Positions 37,056 through 50,100 of a stretch of DNA of 64,000 nucleotides are shown here, one piece after another. The notes under the pieces were generated by a model that worked only from the letters and a program-made list of their open reading frames with translations, had not been told where the DNA came from and did not search any database. The stretch is from Macrostomum lignano (lineage: Eukaryota). Location: contig NIVC01000026.1 in NCBI GenBank assembly GCA_002269645.1, forward strand, positions 31,395 to 95,394. The letters run 5' to 3'. Every line of letters starts with the position of its first letter. Positions within the stretch are counted from its first letter, which is position 1. Made by a program: the position numbers and the translations under genes.

Positions 37056-37825
37056 TTGTTCATCAATCAAGCCATCAAGCACCTGTCAAGCAAGCCATCA
37101 ATCACCTATCAATCAAGCATCAATCACCTATCAAACAAGCCATCAATCACCTATCAATCAAGCCATCAATCACCTATCAATCAAGCCATCAATCACCTAT
37201 CAATCAAGCCATCAATCACCTATCAATCAAGCCATCAATCACCTATCAATCAAGCCATCAATCACCTATCAATCAAGCCATCAATCACCTATCAATCAAG
37301 CATCAATCACCTATCAAACAAGCCATCAATCACCTATCAATCAAGCCATCAATCACCTATCAATCAAGCCATCAATCACCTATCAATCAAGCCATCAATC
37401 ACCTATCAATCAAGCCATCAATCACCTATCAATCAAGCCATCAATCACCTACCAAACAAGCCATCAATCACCTATCAATCAAGCCATCAATCACCTATCA
37501 ATCAAGCATCAATCACCTATCAAACAAGCCATCAATCACCTATCAATCAAGCCATCAATCACCTATCAATCAAGCCATCAATCACCTATCAATCAAGCCA
37601 TCAATCACCTATCAATCAAGCCATCAATCACCTATCAATCAAGCCATCAATCATCTATCAAACAATACCCATCAATCACCTATCAAACAAGCCATCAACC
37701 GCCTATCAATCAAGCCATCAACCATCTATCAAACAATACCCATCAATCACCTATCAAACAAACCATCAACCACCTGTCAATCAAGCCATCAATCACCTAT
37801 CAATCAAGCCATTCATCACCTATCA
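37056..37825. repeat. Minisatellite, 23 bp (ATCAATCACCTATCAATCAAGCC)
   Basis: Tandem array beginning ~10 nt after the DHX36 stop codon. Confidence 0.95.
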
Positions 37826-37834
37826 AGCTAGCGG

Positions 37835-40800
37835 TCACTCGTCACCAGCCAGAAGATCGGCGATGGCATTCAGAATTTGAGCATCGAAAGCCGTTTGAGA
37901 GTCGTTGGCAGCCTCGGCCGACCAGATTTTCAGACAGCGGCCGGGCCTGTGGATCAGATAGGCCAACAGCAGGTCGAGACGGTGGCGGAGAACCTGAAAT
38001 GATGTCGGGGGGTGGAATGTGAAGCTTTGATGAGGGGTGGGGGGATAAAACTTTTGTATTATGCATGCATTATCGAGAACGAGAATAGATTTTTAAATCA
38101 GCGATGGGATCGAATTATTGTTTTAATGTCCTGATATCTTAATCTTAGTGTCCCTGATGTCCGTGTGTTCCCAGGGTCTTAGTGTCATAGTGTCTAAATA
38201 TTCTAGTATTTTAGTGTCCTCGTGTCTTTATGTCCTAGTGTCTCGATGTCTTAGTGTCTTCATGTTCTAGAGTCTCAATGGCCTACAGTCACAATGTCTT
38301 GGTGTCTCGATGTCCCAGTGTCTCAAAGTCCTAATGTCTAAATTTCTTGGTGTTTTAATGTCCTAGTATTTGTGTCTTCAGAGTCTCAATGTCCTAGTGT
38401 CTCGATGTCTTAGTGTCTTTATGTCCAAGTGTCCTTATGCCACGGTGTCTTAATGGCCTAGTATTTTAATGCTCTAGTGTGTCAATGGCTTACTGTCTCA
38501 ATGTCCTGGTGTCTCAATGACCTAGTGTCTCAATGACCTGGTGTCTCAATGTCCTAGTGTCTCAATGTCCTGGTGTCTCAATGTCCTGGTGTCTCAATGA
38601 CCTAGTGTCTCAATGACCTAGTGTCTCAATGACCTGGTGTCTCAATGTCCTGGTGTCTCAATATCCTAGTGTCTCAATGTCCTGGTGTCTCAATGTCCTA
38701 GTGTCTCAATTTCCTGGTGTCTCAATGTCCTAGTGCCTCAATGCATAAATGTCTTAGTGTCCGAGTGTCTCAGTGGTCTCAATGACTGTCTGCCTGCCCG
38801 CCAGCCCGCAGCACGCACCAGCACTGTGGAGAAGGCGGCGGGTGTGGCAGCCAGCCGGATCCAGTCGTCCAGCACGGCCAGTTGAACGCCGCATTCGTGC
38901 GAGTGCCGAGCCTGGGCGCAGCAGAACAGCAGGTGGATCGGCCGGGTCAGGGAGGCGTCAAACAGCGACACTGTGCGCCTGTCGTTCAGCAGGCATTTCT
39001 CAAAGTAGGCCAGCCAGGCCGGCTCTTCAAATCCGCAGGCGACGCTGCCTTGCGGCAGTTCGTAAGACGGCTCGCCGGGTCTGCCGACGGCTTTCTTCGA
39101 TTTGAGGGATTTGCAGCGAACTATATTGGGATAGAGACCGGCGGTGACCACGGCGCGGATCAGTTCTAATCGGTGACTGTTGCGATTCAACAGCGGATGA
39201 TCAGATGTCAACTGAATAGAGGGAGTTGATCGGCTTCGGCGAAGTGTGAGTGGCTTTGCAGATTGGTCAGACCGATTTACAGATTGGTCAAACCGATTTA
39301 CAGATTGGTCTGAACGATTTACAGATTGGTCTGAACGATTTACAGATTGGTCTGAACGATTTACAGATTGGTCAAACCGATTTACATATTGATCAAACCG
39401 ATTTACAGATTCTTCAGACCGATTTACAGATTGGTCAGACACGGAAGACTCTGATTGAGCTTCTTCGTCGTAGAACTGATCGCTCATGGACATGTACTGG
39501 GCTAGTTGGTCGGTCAGTTGCGCCTTCAATTCCTCGATCGTCTGCAGTACAGTTGGGGACAAATAATTTCGCCTAGCAAAATCGTAGGCGGCATTCAGCC
39601 CTCTGTTGCGCTTGGTCCGATACCAAGCTTTGTAGGCCAACCAGAGCAACAGGTGGTCGGACTCGCAGCCTTCGGCTAATTGCAATTTGCACTGTTTCAC
39701 TTCTTGCTCGGCGCCTAGCGGTGTCTCGAATGGCGTGCGATGAGACAGAGAAGCGGCGATGGTCAGCACCGGGTCCAAGCAGGAGAAACAGACCGCCAGC
39801 AGCACCATCTTGGCTAGCTGGCAGGGTAAAGGTAGGCGAGCAATGTGCCTTCCCATTGGCGTGAGCTCCTCGTCGGGTGTCAGGGCGCCGAGCTCTTGGA
39901 GCAGGTGTTGAGCCTGACGTACGTGCTCCTGAGGCGGCGGGTCCGGCATCTGCGCCAGGAACTCGGCGGCGGGTAGGTCCGGGTGGAGCAGCTTTACCTG
40001 GGCGACGGGGATTTGAAGGCTACAAGGTTAAGACTAAGGTTAAGTACGTTTGAAGACTATCACGGACATCCCAGGTAGTCACAGACACCCCAGACTAATC
40101 ACAGACACCTTAAGCTAATCGCAGACACCCCAGGCTAATCACAGATATCCAGGCTAATCACAGACATCCAGAATAAGCACAGACATCCAGAATAAGCACA
40201 GACACTCCAGACTAATCACAGACACCCCAGACTAATCACAGACACCCCAGACTAATCACAGACACCCAGACTAATCACAGACACCCCAGACTAATCACAG
40301 ACACTCCAGGCTAATCACAGACACCCTGTCTAATTACAAACATTTTAAAATGATTTACCTGCAACAGGAAATCCTCCAGACTCAATCTGAGCACTTCCGG
40401 CGGTAACCTATGCGGCATTCTGGATTCGGCAAATTTCGAATACAATCGATAGCAGACGCCAGGCTGCACTCGACCAGCTCGACCTTCGCGTTGTCGAGCA
40501 TTGTCCAGACTGATGGGACTGGCTGACAGGCTGTCGGACATGGCCAAATGATGATAGCCGGACAGCTTAGCAAAGCCGGTGTCAATCACGTACACAACGT
40601 CGTCAATGGTGAGGGAAGTCTCAGCAATATTAGTAGCCAATACTACCTTTCTTTTGCCGGCTGGTGCAGGTAGGAATACCTGGCGCTGATCCCGGCTGGG
40701 CAGACGAGAGTGCAGAGGCAGTACGTGACAACCATTGGAGCAGGCGGAGTCGGAGTTCTGCCCGATTTTAATGGTTGGTTCATAAATAATATCATTTGGT

Positions 40801-43800
40801 TTTTTATTGCGTCCTGACTAATTTTTATAGCTAAAAACTAGGATTTCTACTACAAGTAGTGCAGTTAATACGTGCCTAGTATTAAAAATATTTTCCTACT
40901 TAATTTTTTTAATTTGAGCTTAGGAGCAGTTGACTTAATCCAGAGTGGCAGAGCGCTGCACTCAAAACAACTGCTGCCTTTAGTCTATGGCCCAAATGCT
41001 TAACTAGTGAGTAGTAATTGAAAATTACGTACATATACTCCAATTTTCAATTGCAAAACAAGTAGTAAGGTACCTGTCAGAAATTATGTACCACATTTTC
41101 CCATTACGAATCAAATAGTAAGGTACCGAACCAGCTGGAACAGGGTATTCTACAGGAATTCCCAATACACAGTAGGGGGGGGGGGACACACGCTTGCTAT
41201 CTGGGGGCCCGGGGTGCTTACTATCTGGGGGATGCTTGCTATCTGGGGGATGCTTGCTATCTGGGGGATGCTTGCTATCTGGGGGATGCTTGCTATCTGG
41301 GGGATGCTTGCTATCTGGGGGATGCTTGCTATCTGGGGGATGCTTGCTATCTGCAGATGCTTGCTATCGGGGGGATGCTTGCTATCGGGGGGATGCTTGC
41401 TATCGGGGGGATGCTTGCTATCTGGGGGATGCTTGCTATCGAAGGGATGCTTGCTATCGGAGGGATGCTTGCTATCGGAGGGATGCTTGCTATCGAAGGG
41501 ATGCTTGCTATCGGAGGGATGCTTGCTATCGGAGGGATGCTTGCTATCGGAGGAAGCTTGCTATCTGGGGGTGCTTGCTATCTGGGGGATGCTTGCTGTC
41601 TGGGGGATGCTTGCTATCTGGGGGATGCTTGCTATCTGGGGATGTTTGCTATCTGGGGGATGCTTGCTATCTGGGGGATGCTTGCTATCTGGGGATGTTT
41701 GCTATCTGGGGGATGCTTGCTATCTGGGGGATGCTTGCTATCTGGGGGATGCTTGCTATCTGGGGGATGCTCTCTATTTAGGGGAAATGCCTGCTATCTT
41801 TGTGAAGGCTTTTTATGTTGTGGTTTTGTTACTTTTAGAAAAAAAAGAGATTCATAGCAAGCATCTTGGTCCGTGACAATTTTACTGGAATAAGGTGATT
41901 ATAAAGCTGAAGAAGGAATTGGTTGCTAAAATTTGCTTTTTTAATGGATTTGCATGACTAATTTTTGCTCCTTGCTCCTCCTAAGTGTCCCGAAGGGGGG
42001 CACTTAGATTGCTAGTCCATATACTAAAATCGGATACTAAAAATGAAAGATAAAATCACAGAATATTTGATTACCAGCAGCGTAATTAAATCCTTAATCT
42101 GCTTCATTCCGGGCACAAAGACTAGCACAGCCCCAGCCGGCTGTGTCCTATGCACGTAACTAATCATGTGAGCCACCAGTTCCACGGGCGGCTCCTCGCA
42201 GCCCATAGCAACCAGCAGATCCGCATGGCTGGATGACAATTGAAACTTCTTCACAGCCTCATTGGCAGCCAATCGGAGCTCGCGTTCCCGCTCAGCCAAT
42301 CGGGATCGAGCTTCGCGCGGAGCGATCCGATCAGACCTCAGCCGATTCTGCATTGCCTGCCGATTCTTATTGGCCAGGCTGGTCAAACTGGAGCCCGATT
42401 TTGAGAAGAATTCAAAATTCGACTCGCTAAGGCACTGTTCCAGAGAGCGAACTTTAACCGGGTACAGGCGGCCTTCAACTGACGCGCTTTCGCTTGACGG
42501 CCCGAAGTAGCGGCAGAACTGTTCGGCGTCTAGCGTGGCAGACATGAGCACGAGTTTGAGATCTGGTCGGCTAGGCAAGATTGTTCTCTTTAATTCAGCG
42601 AGCAGTAAGTCCGTTTCCGCGCTGCGCTCGTGTACCTGGCAAGTTTGACGAGTCAACAGATGTACATGCACTGGAATAATGGGCCGGATGTGCTCAGGTG
42701 CAACTATGTCAGAGTCAAATCTCATTTCAGTCTTGAGTCCGACACTAACCAACTAGATAATATACTCGTACAATAGGAAAGAATTTCACGTCACCTCGTC
42801 AACAATCAGATGGCTGACGCTGGCCAGTGACGGGTCACTTTCCAGCCATCGCAGCAGAATGCCAACGGTGCAGTACACGATTGAGCCCGCCAGGCGCTGC
42901 GGCATCTTGCGCTCCAGACGAACCTTTGACGGAAGAATTGGTGAGATTGGAGACATGATTAAAGTGGCGATATAAATGGCCACAGCTGAGGATCTGGGAG
43001 GCTGGCCCAGCAGCTGAGGATCTGGGAGGCTGGCCCAGCATCTGAGGATCAGGGAGGCTGGCCCAGCAACTGACACTCTGGGAGGCTGGCCCAGCAACTG
43101 AGGATCTGGGAGGCTGGCCCAGCAACTGAGGATCTGGGAGGCTGGCCCAGCATCTGAGGATCTGGGAGGCTGGCCCAGCATCTGAGGATCTGGAAGGCTG
43201 GCCCAGCAACTGAGGATCTGGGAGGCTGGCCCAGCAACTGAGGATCTGGGAGGCTGGCCCAGCAACTGAGGATCTGGGAGGCTGGCCCAGCAACTAAGGA
43301 TCTGGGAGGCTGGCCCAGCAACTAAGGATCTGGGAGGCTGGCCCAGCAACTGAGGATCTGGAAGGCTGGCCCAGCAACTGAGGATCTGGGAGGCTGGCCC
43401 AGCAACTGAGGATCTGGAAGGCTGGCCCAGCAACTGAGGATCTGGGAGGCTGGCCCAGCAACTGAGGATCTGGGAGGCTGGCCCAGCAACTAAGGATCTG
43501 GGAGGCTGGCCCAGAAACTAAGGATCTGGGAGGCTGGCCCAGCAACTGATGATCTGGGAGGCTGGTGGCCCAGCAACTGAGGATCTGGGAGGCTGGCCCA
43601 GCAACTGATGATCTGGGAGGCTGGTGGCCCAGCAACTGAGCATCTGGGAGGCTGGCCCAGCAGCTGAGGTTCTGGAGCTGATATACGCTACAGCAGTCCC
43701 GAACCTGGTATCCAACAGACACTCCAAGCCACTCGCCCCGCTCCTCAGCTACTCGTTCAGCTAGCGCGGTGGCCGCCAGGCGCCTTGGCTGGGTGACCAC

Positions 43801-44923
43801 AACTCGAGCCGTGGAGCCATGACCAGTTGCAATGGCTGAGTCAATCAGCAGCTGCGACATCTGGGTGGACTTCCCGGATCCAGTCGGGCCGGACATAACC
43901 AGCACCTGGCAATTCGCAGAAAGTTGTGTTAAAAAACTACCAAGATATTGGAGCTACACTTGTCGTATCTCGCTTATATAGACAGACAGACAACACACAA
44001 AACACAGACAGGCAGCACATAAAACACAGACAGCACACAAAACACAGACAGGCAGCACATAAAACACAGACAGACAACACATAAAACACAGACAGGCAGC
44101 ACATAAAACACAGACAGACAGCACATAAAACATAGACAGACAGCACACAAAACAAAGACAGGCAGCACATAAAACAGACAGACAACACATAAAACACAGA
44201 CAGGCAGCACATAAAACACAGACAGACAACACATAAAACACAGACAGGCAGCACATAAAACACAGACAGGCAGCACACAAAACACAGACAGGCAGCACAT
44301 AAAACACAGAAGGCCCCAATAAGAATCGCACAGCCCCCCCTCACCTGATCGCAGCGGTTCACGGCGGCAACCAGCCGTTCCCTGGCCTGCCATACGGGCA
44401 GCCGCTGCCTGCATTCGGCAATCGCAGGCGAAATTCGCTTCTCCCTCAGCTGCAGCTCCTTCATCAGCTTGGCATCCAGTTGGGCATTCGGTTTCAAAGC
44501 TTTGTAATTCGCTGAACGACAAGCGACAGCTTCGTCAACCGACATCGCAGACAAACCGGTATCTCCGCTAACGCCGCCGCTAGCAACACCAGCGTCTGTA
44601 GCAACGCCTAGCAACTGTTGCAATCGGACAGCGGTTGAATCGCTCAGTTGAATCAGTTCTGGCGCATGAAAAATATCCTCAAACTGTCGTTTCTCGCGTT
44701 GACGATTGGCGTAAAATAGGCCGATGTCACGGCCGCGAAGGTGGCTGGGATGACGCGAGCCACTGGCGGCCGGCTGCTCGGTCCAAGCATCCACCCAGCA
44801 ACTGCCGGCGGCCTGCTGCTGTTGCTTCCGCTGCTTCCGATCTGCTTTTGATCCTCCAGGAACGCCTTTCTTCTTGGCGTCGCGCTGACGCCGACTGGTT
44901 GGGTTGTTAGGATCCAGCGACAC
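37835..44923 (-). CDS. DHX36: DEAH-box G-quadruplex helicase DHX36/RHAU, 7 coding exons, ~1070 aa
   Basis: RHAU-specific motif [35 protein letters not shown]|[34 protein letters not shown]. Exons 44922-44345, 43905-43705, 42923-42795, 42635-42075, 40757-40359, 39997-38819, 37993-37835; all junctions phase 0. Confidence 0.93.
38140..38790. repeat. Intronic minisatellite, 16 bp (TGTCCT(A/G)GTGTCTCAA)
   Basis: Array in the last DHX36 intron, degenerate toward the left. Confidence 0.9.
40070..40335. repeat. Intronic minisatellite, ~20 bp (CTAATCACAGACACCCCAGA)
   Basis: Tandem array. Confidence 0.9.
41190..41775. repeat. Intronic minisatellite, 18 bp (GGGGGATGCTTGCTATCT)
   Basis: Tandem array; the same family occurs inverted at 55735-56250. 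Confidence 0.93.
42985..43675. repeat. Intronic minisatellite, 28 bp (GCAACTGAGGATCTGGGAGGCTGGCCCA)
   Basis: Tandem array filling DHX36 intron 2. Confidence 0.95.
43980..44310. repeat. Intronic minisatellite, 22 bp (CACATAAAACACAGACAGGCAG)
   Basis: Tandem array in DHX36 intron 1. Confidence 0.92.
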
Positions 44924-45419
44924 TGGGTGAAAGAATCGGGTTAGATTAATTAATAAAGTTTATTACACTACATATCGGTGGGTTTTATAGACTCGAACTT
45001 TTTGCATCAACCAAGATAACATTTTTCAATGTGAAATTTTCACGTCTCTAGACACTAATAAAATTACCTCTACAAAATAGTTTACACTACATATCGGTAG
45101 ACAATTATTTGCCTTTTTAAAATTTGTCAATTTCATTGTAAACCTGCTTTACCAGTTTAATGCCAATTTTTCCTTTAATTAAAGATCCTCCAACTTTGAA
45201 AATAACAATATAGCTTCTAGAATCGTGTATTGCAAGCAGAATTACACTCACTTCTATATGATAGCGATAACCGGTGACAATTAGCGAGTGGTCTGCTAGT
45301 ACGGCCGCTTGACAGTAGTTGATATATTCGACTTGTCAGCATGAAATGTTAGTGTCAAATTAAGAGAATCATGTCAATTTATATCTATACTGTACTTACT
45401 TATAGATAGATCACCACCT

Positions 45420-45900
45420 GTATAGATTGGTCAGATCATTTTTAAGATTGGCCTAATCATTTTTAAGATTGGCCTGATCATTCTATTGACTGATCGGATC
45501 ATTAATTTTAGATTGGTCTGATCATTGTATAGATTGTTTTGATCATTGTATAGAGTGGCTTGATCATTGTATAGATTGTTCTGATCATTGTATAGAGTGG
45601 CTTGATCATTGTATAGATTGGTCTGATCATTGTATAGATTGTTTTGATCATTGTATAGAGTGGCTTGGTCATTGTATAGATTGTTCTGATCATTGTATAG
45701 AGTGGCTTGATCATTGTATAGATTGATCTGATCATTGTATAGAGTGGCTTGATCATTGTATAGATTGGTCTAATCATTGTATAGATTGGTCTGATCATTG
45801 TATAGATTGTTCTGATCATTGTATAGATTGGTCTGATCATTGTATAGATTGGTCTGATTATTGTATAGATTGATCAGATCATTCTATAGATTGGTCAGAT
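45420..45900. repeat. Minisatellite, 21 bp (TAGATTGGTCTGATCATTGTA)
   Basis: Tandem array upstream of DHX36. Confidence 0.92.
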
Positions 45901-47195
45901 TAATGATAGATTGGTCGCGTCATTGTAAAAAAAACATAATTACTGAATACCATTCAATTAAAAAATATCCTATAATCAACACAAAAATAACCAATAGCAG
46001 TAAGAATATAAACAAATTAAGCCTTTTTAAAAGAAAGAAATATAAACGAAACAGTAAATTTATTTGAGATGCAACAACTTTGCGAAATCAGCACCAAACA
46101 ATCTTTAAGACTGTCGCTCAGATGCACCAATATTATAGATAAGCAGAGTTAGTAATGCCTAGGTGTGTATAATGTAATTGCCGATCCAAAAATTACTTTA
46201 TTATTCAATGAACAGGTAAGGAAGTGATTATCATTGGAATCTAATGAATATGCAACATTATAAAACTTTTCATGGAAAATGAGTTGTTACGACTTTCAAA
46301 TAAATTAACTCCAAAAAACACACCGCCTTATGAAAGAATAAGTAAAGATAGTAACAAAATAACAAATTATAAAGTACAGATAGAAAATGCTTCTCCAGAA
46401 AAATGCTTACTTAAAATTTTTCGACTTTAAACGCAAAACTGAAAGGTCCATGGATATTTTAAGCAACAAATTTTATTAATATATTATTACTATAAGTAGT
46501 AATACAATTATGTGAATTGAACAATTTATAAAGCAAATCTGATACGAAAAAATGTTGCATTAATGAACAGGTCATTTTTACACGCGGGTTACTAAATACT
46601 AAAATACACAGATACTAAAATAACTAGGCATAGGCATTTATACTTAGCAAAACAGCTTTCTACTTTCAGTTCAGTAGCAAAGAAGAATACATAAGCTATT
46701 TTATAAAACTAAAGGTAGCTGAAATGACTTTGATAAGTTTAGAAGCCTTGGTTCAACAATAATGTACATTAGCCAGTCCACTGAAATGTACATGGCAGCT
46801 TTAGGCTGGAATTCCGAGAAAGGCAATAAAAATTGGGGTGGGAGTGTGGAAAGGCTCGGTTGGAGTGTTTAACTAGGAACCTTGGCTTTAAAAATACATA
46901 AAAATGCTTCAGTTTAACTTGCTACTCAACTGAAAGTAGTTTACACGCAAATGTGCTGAGTGGCCCATCTAGTTATGCCAGTATCTGTGGTAAAGACAAG
47001 GTAAGGTGCACCAGCTCAAAACCCTGATTAACCGGTCAGGAACACCACATCAAATATCCGCTTTAATAACCGATATAGCACAACCCAAACAACCTGGTTA
47101 TCTGAAGACTTCACAGAAACGAAAAACATACTGAAGCAAGACGCTAATATACAGAACAAGAAAGGTCAAACAAGCATATTTAAACACACATAAAG

Positions 47196-50100
47196 TCAGG
47201 ACTTGTTTCTCAATTCAGTGAGCAATTGTTTAACGCCAAATCTGGCTGGTCGATCGCGAATCAAACAGCCAGTCAGACAGGCTGCTAAAGCGGTAGACAA
47301 GGCGAACCCTGTGTCCGACCGGTGCCTGGGCAGCCAATCAGGCAGCGGCACCGGGTCCCGGCCGTGTCTCAACTGATAGGCAAGCGACGGGAAATCTTTG
47401 AGATGAGCAAACGGAGTGCTGCCCCACAGCATCAGGTACAGGATGCAGCCAAGCGACCACACGTCGGATTTGCGAGAAAAAATCGGCTTCTCATCTGGAC
47501 TCCACACAATAGTCTCCGGAGCCATGAAACCTAATGTGGCGTGTACTTCATTTTTCAGCATGTCGCTAGTAACCGATTGGTCAAGCACGTGAGCGGCACC
47601 CAGATCGATCAGCTTAGGCAGGCCCCGGCACAGGACAAAATTAGCCGGCTTTAAGTCCATGTGTACGCAGCCGACAGAGTGCATGGCTTGCACGCAAAGC
47701 AGCATCTGTTCCCAGTAGAACGCCACCCCGCTTAGCGGCAGGCCGGGATTTGCCGACAGAAATTTAGCGAAATCGCAGTCGCCATATTCTATTAGTAGTA
47801 GGAGACGGTTGTTGCGAATTTCGTGAGCGAATAGCTTCACTACCTGCGGGTGGGCGGCGGTGGTACCGGTTCTTCAGGGAATGCCGATTTTCACACTCTC
47901 AGATTCTTCAGGGAATGCCGATTTTCACACTCTCAGATACTTCAGGGAATGCCGATTTTCACACTCTCAGATTCTTCAGGGAATGCCGATTTTCACACTT
48001 TCAGATTCTTCAGGGAATGCCGATTTTCACACTCAGATTCTTCAGGGAATGCCGATTTTCACACTGCCAGATTCTTCAGGGAATTCCGATTTTCACAATG
48101 CCAGATTCTTCAGGGAATGCCGATTTTCACACTTTCAGATTCTTCAGGGAATGCCGATTTTCACACTGCCAGATTCTTCAGGGAATGCCGATTTTCACAC
48201 TGCCAGATTCTTCAGGGAATGCCGATTTTCTCACTCTCAGATACTTCAGGGAATGCCGATTTTCACACTCTCAGATACTTCAGGGAATGCCGATTTTCAC
48301 ACTCTCAGGTTCTTCAGGGAATGCCGATTTTCTAACTCTCAGGTTCTTCAGGGAATGCCGATTTTCACACTTTCAGATACTTCAGGGAATGCCGATTTTC
48401 ACACTCTCAGATTCTTCAGGGAATGCCGATTTTCTCACTCTCAGGTTCTTCAGGGAATGCCGATTTTCACACTCTCAGGTTCTTCAGGGAATGCCGATTT
48501 TCACACTCTCAGATTCTTCAGGGAATGCCGATTTTCACACTCTCAGGTTCTTCAGGGAATGCCGATTTTCACACTCTCAGGTTCTTCAGGGAATGCCGAT
48601 TTTCACACTCTCAGATACTTCAGGGAATGCCGATTTTCACACTCTCAGATACTTCAGGGAATGCCGATTTTCACACTCTCAGGTTCTTCAGGGAATGCCG
48701 ATTTTCACACTCTCAGATTCTTCAGGGAATGCCGATTTTCACACTCTCAGGTTCTTCAGGGAATGCCGATTTTCTCACTCTCAGGTTCTTCAGGGAATGC
48801 CGATTTTCACACTCTCAGATACTTCAGGGAATGCCGATTTTCACACTCTCAGATTCTTCAGGGAATGCCGATTTTCACACTCTCAGATTCTTCAGGGAAT
48901 GCCGATTTTCACACTCTCAGATACTTCAGGGAATGCCGATTTTCACACTCTCAGATACTTCAGGGAATGCCGATTTTCACACTCTCAGATACTTCAGGGA
49001 ATGCCGATTTTCACACTCTCAGGTTCTTCAGGGAATGCCGATTTTCACACTTTCAGATTCTTCAGGGAATGCCGATATGGACCCCCGATGCCTCAGGGAA
49101 TGCCGATCTGGACCCCTTTGGATTTGAACGCTGCTAAACTCTCCAATACTTCAGGGAATGCCACTTACACCCTCCAATACTTCAGGGACTTCCGCTACAC
49201 CCTCTCTTCAGCTTAGACAACAAAACGCCAGTCTCACCTTTCCAGAATCCTTCAACAGCTGCAAATACTTTAACTCTTTCTGCTCCTCAATCGATCCCTC
49301 GCCATCCAATCTTGTATCCTTGAGCGCGAAGAACTCTCCTTTAGTGGAGGCCACCAGGCTGACCGTACCGAAGCCACCTCGGCCGATTTCGCGCAGCACT
49401 CGAAGCTGATAATCACCCAGGCTGACCAGTTGACCCCAGGACTCCGCGCCGCCGCAGTTGCCAGTGCCAATCGAAGTGCCTCTAGCGCGACCAGTTGCTG
49501 TTGAACAATCGGCATGATTAGCCGTGTGCTCAGCCGATCCAACTTTCATCAGAGTGCTCAAACCGCCAGCATTGGTCAGATCGGCGTAGCCAGATTCGCC
49601 AACCAGCTCGGCTGGGCAGATCTGTCGGAGTGCCGCCCGACGTAGCAGCGGCACGCAGTCAGACTCGAGATAGCGCAGCGCGTTCAACGGACTGTCTGTA
49701 GCAGGTTGGCCGCCAGGGCTTGACCGTTTGCCTGTCAACATAGCCAGAGCCGATGACAGCGCAGATGACACGGAGCCTGACAGGGCGGCAGCCAAATGGA
49801 TGGCTTCTTCTAATCGTTTGGCAGCCATCTCGGAGTCTGAGCAGCCGCGGAGCAGGCCTCCGCCGCCCAGGATGTAGCCGGCGCGGAGTACAGCGCAGGC
49901 GCTAAGGCACAGCGACAGGGGGCGAGTGGCCAAGTGCTGCTTGATTGACACGGCCTGTGGAAATGGACCAGCGGCTTTACAATATAACAGAGGCATACAT
50001 GCGCAACTGCTGACTGACCTGGCCGATCCCGCCACCATAAATTGTGGTCGACCAGGGGTAAGTCGCAAAAATGCCCACCCGAAAAAATACAGGCGTAGTA
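47196..50100 (-). CDS. TTK: Mps1/TTK-like protein kinase (kinase exons 49974-49238 and 47843-47196; probable exon 50100-50019)
   Basis: IGRGGFGTV, FALK, VVKLFAHEI, FYWEQML..VQAMH, VHMDLKPANF, KLIDLG, KSDVWSLGCILYLMLWGSTPF. These match the Mps1 pattern (YWKNML, HSDLKPANF, KSDVWSLGCILY.M.YG.TPF). Phase-0 intron 47844-49237. Confidence 0.8.
47860..49200. repeat. Intronic minisatellite, 34 bp (TTCTTCAGGGAATGCCGATTTTCACACTCTCAGA)
   Basis: Array filling the intron inside the kinase domain. Confidence 0.97.
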
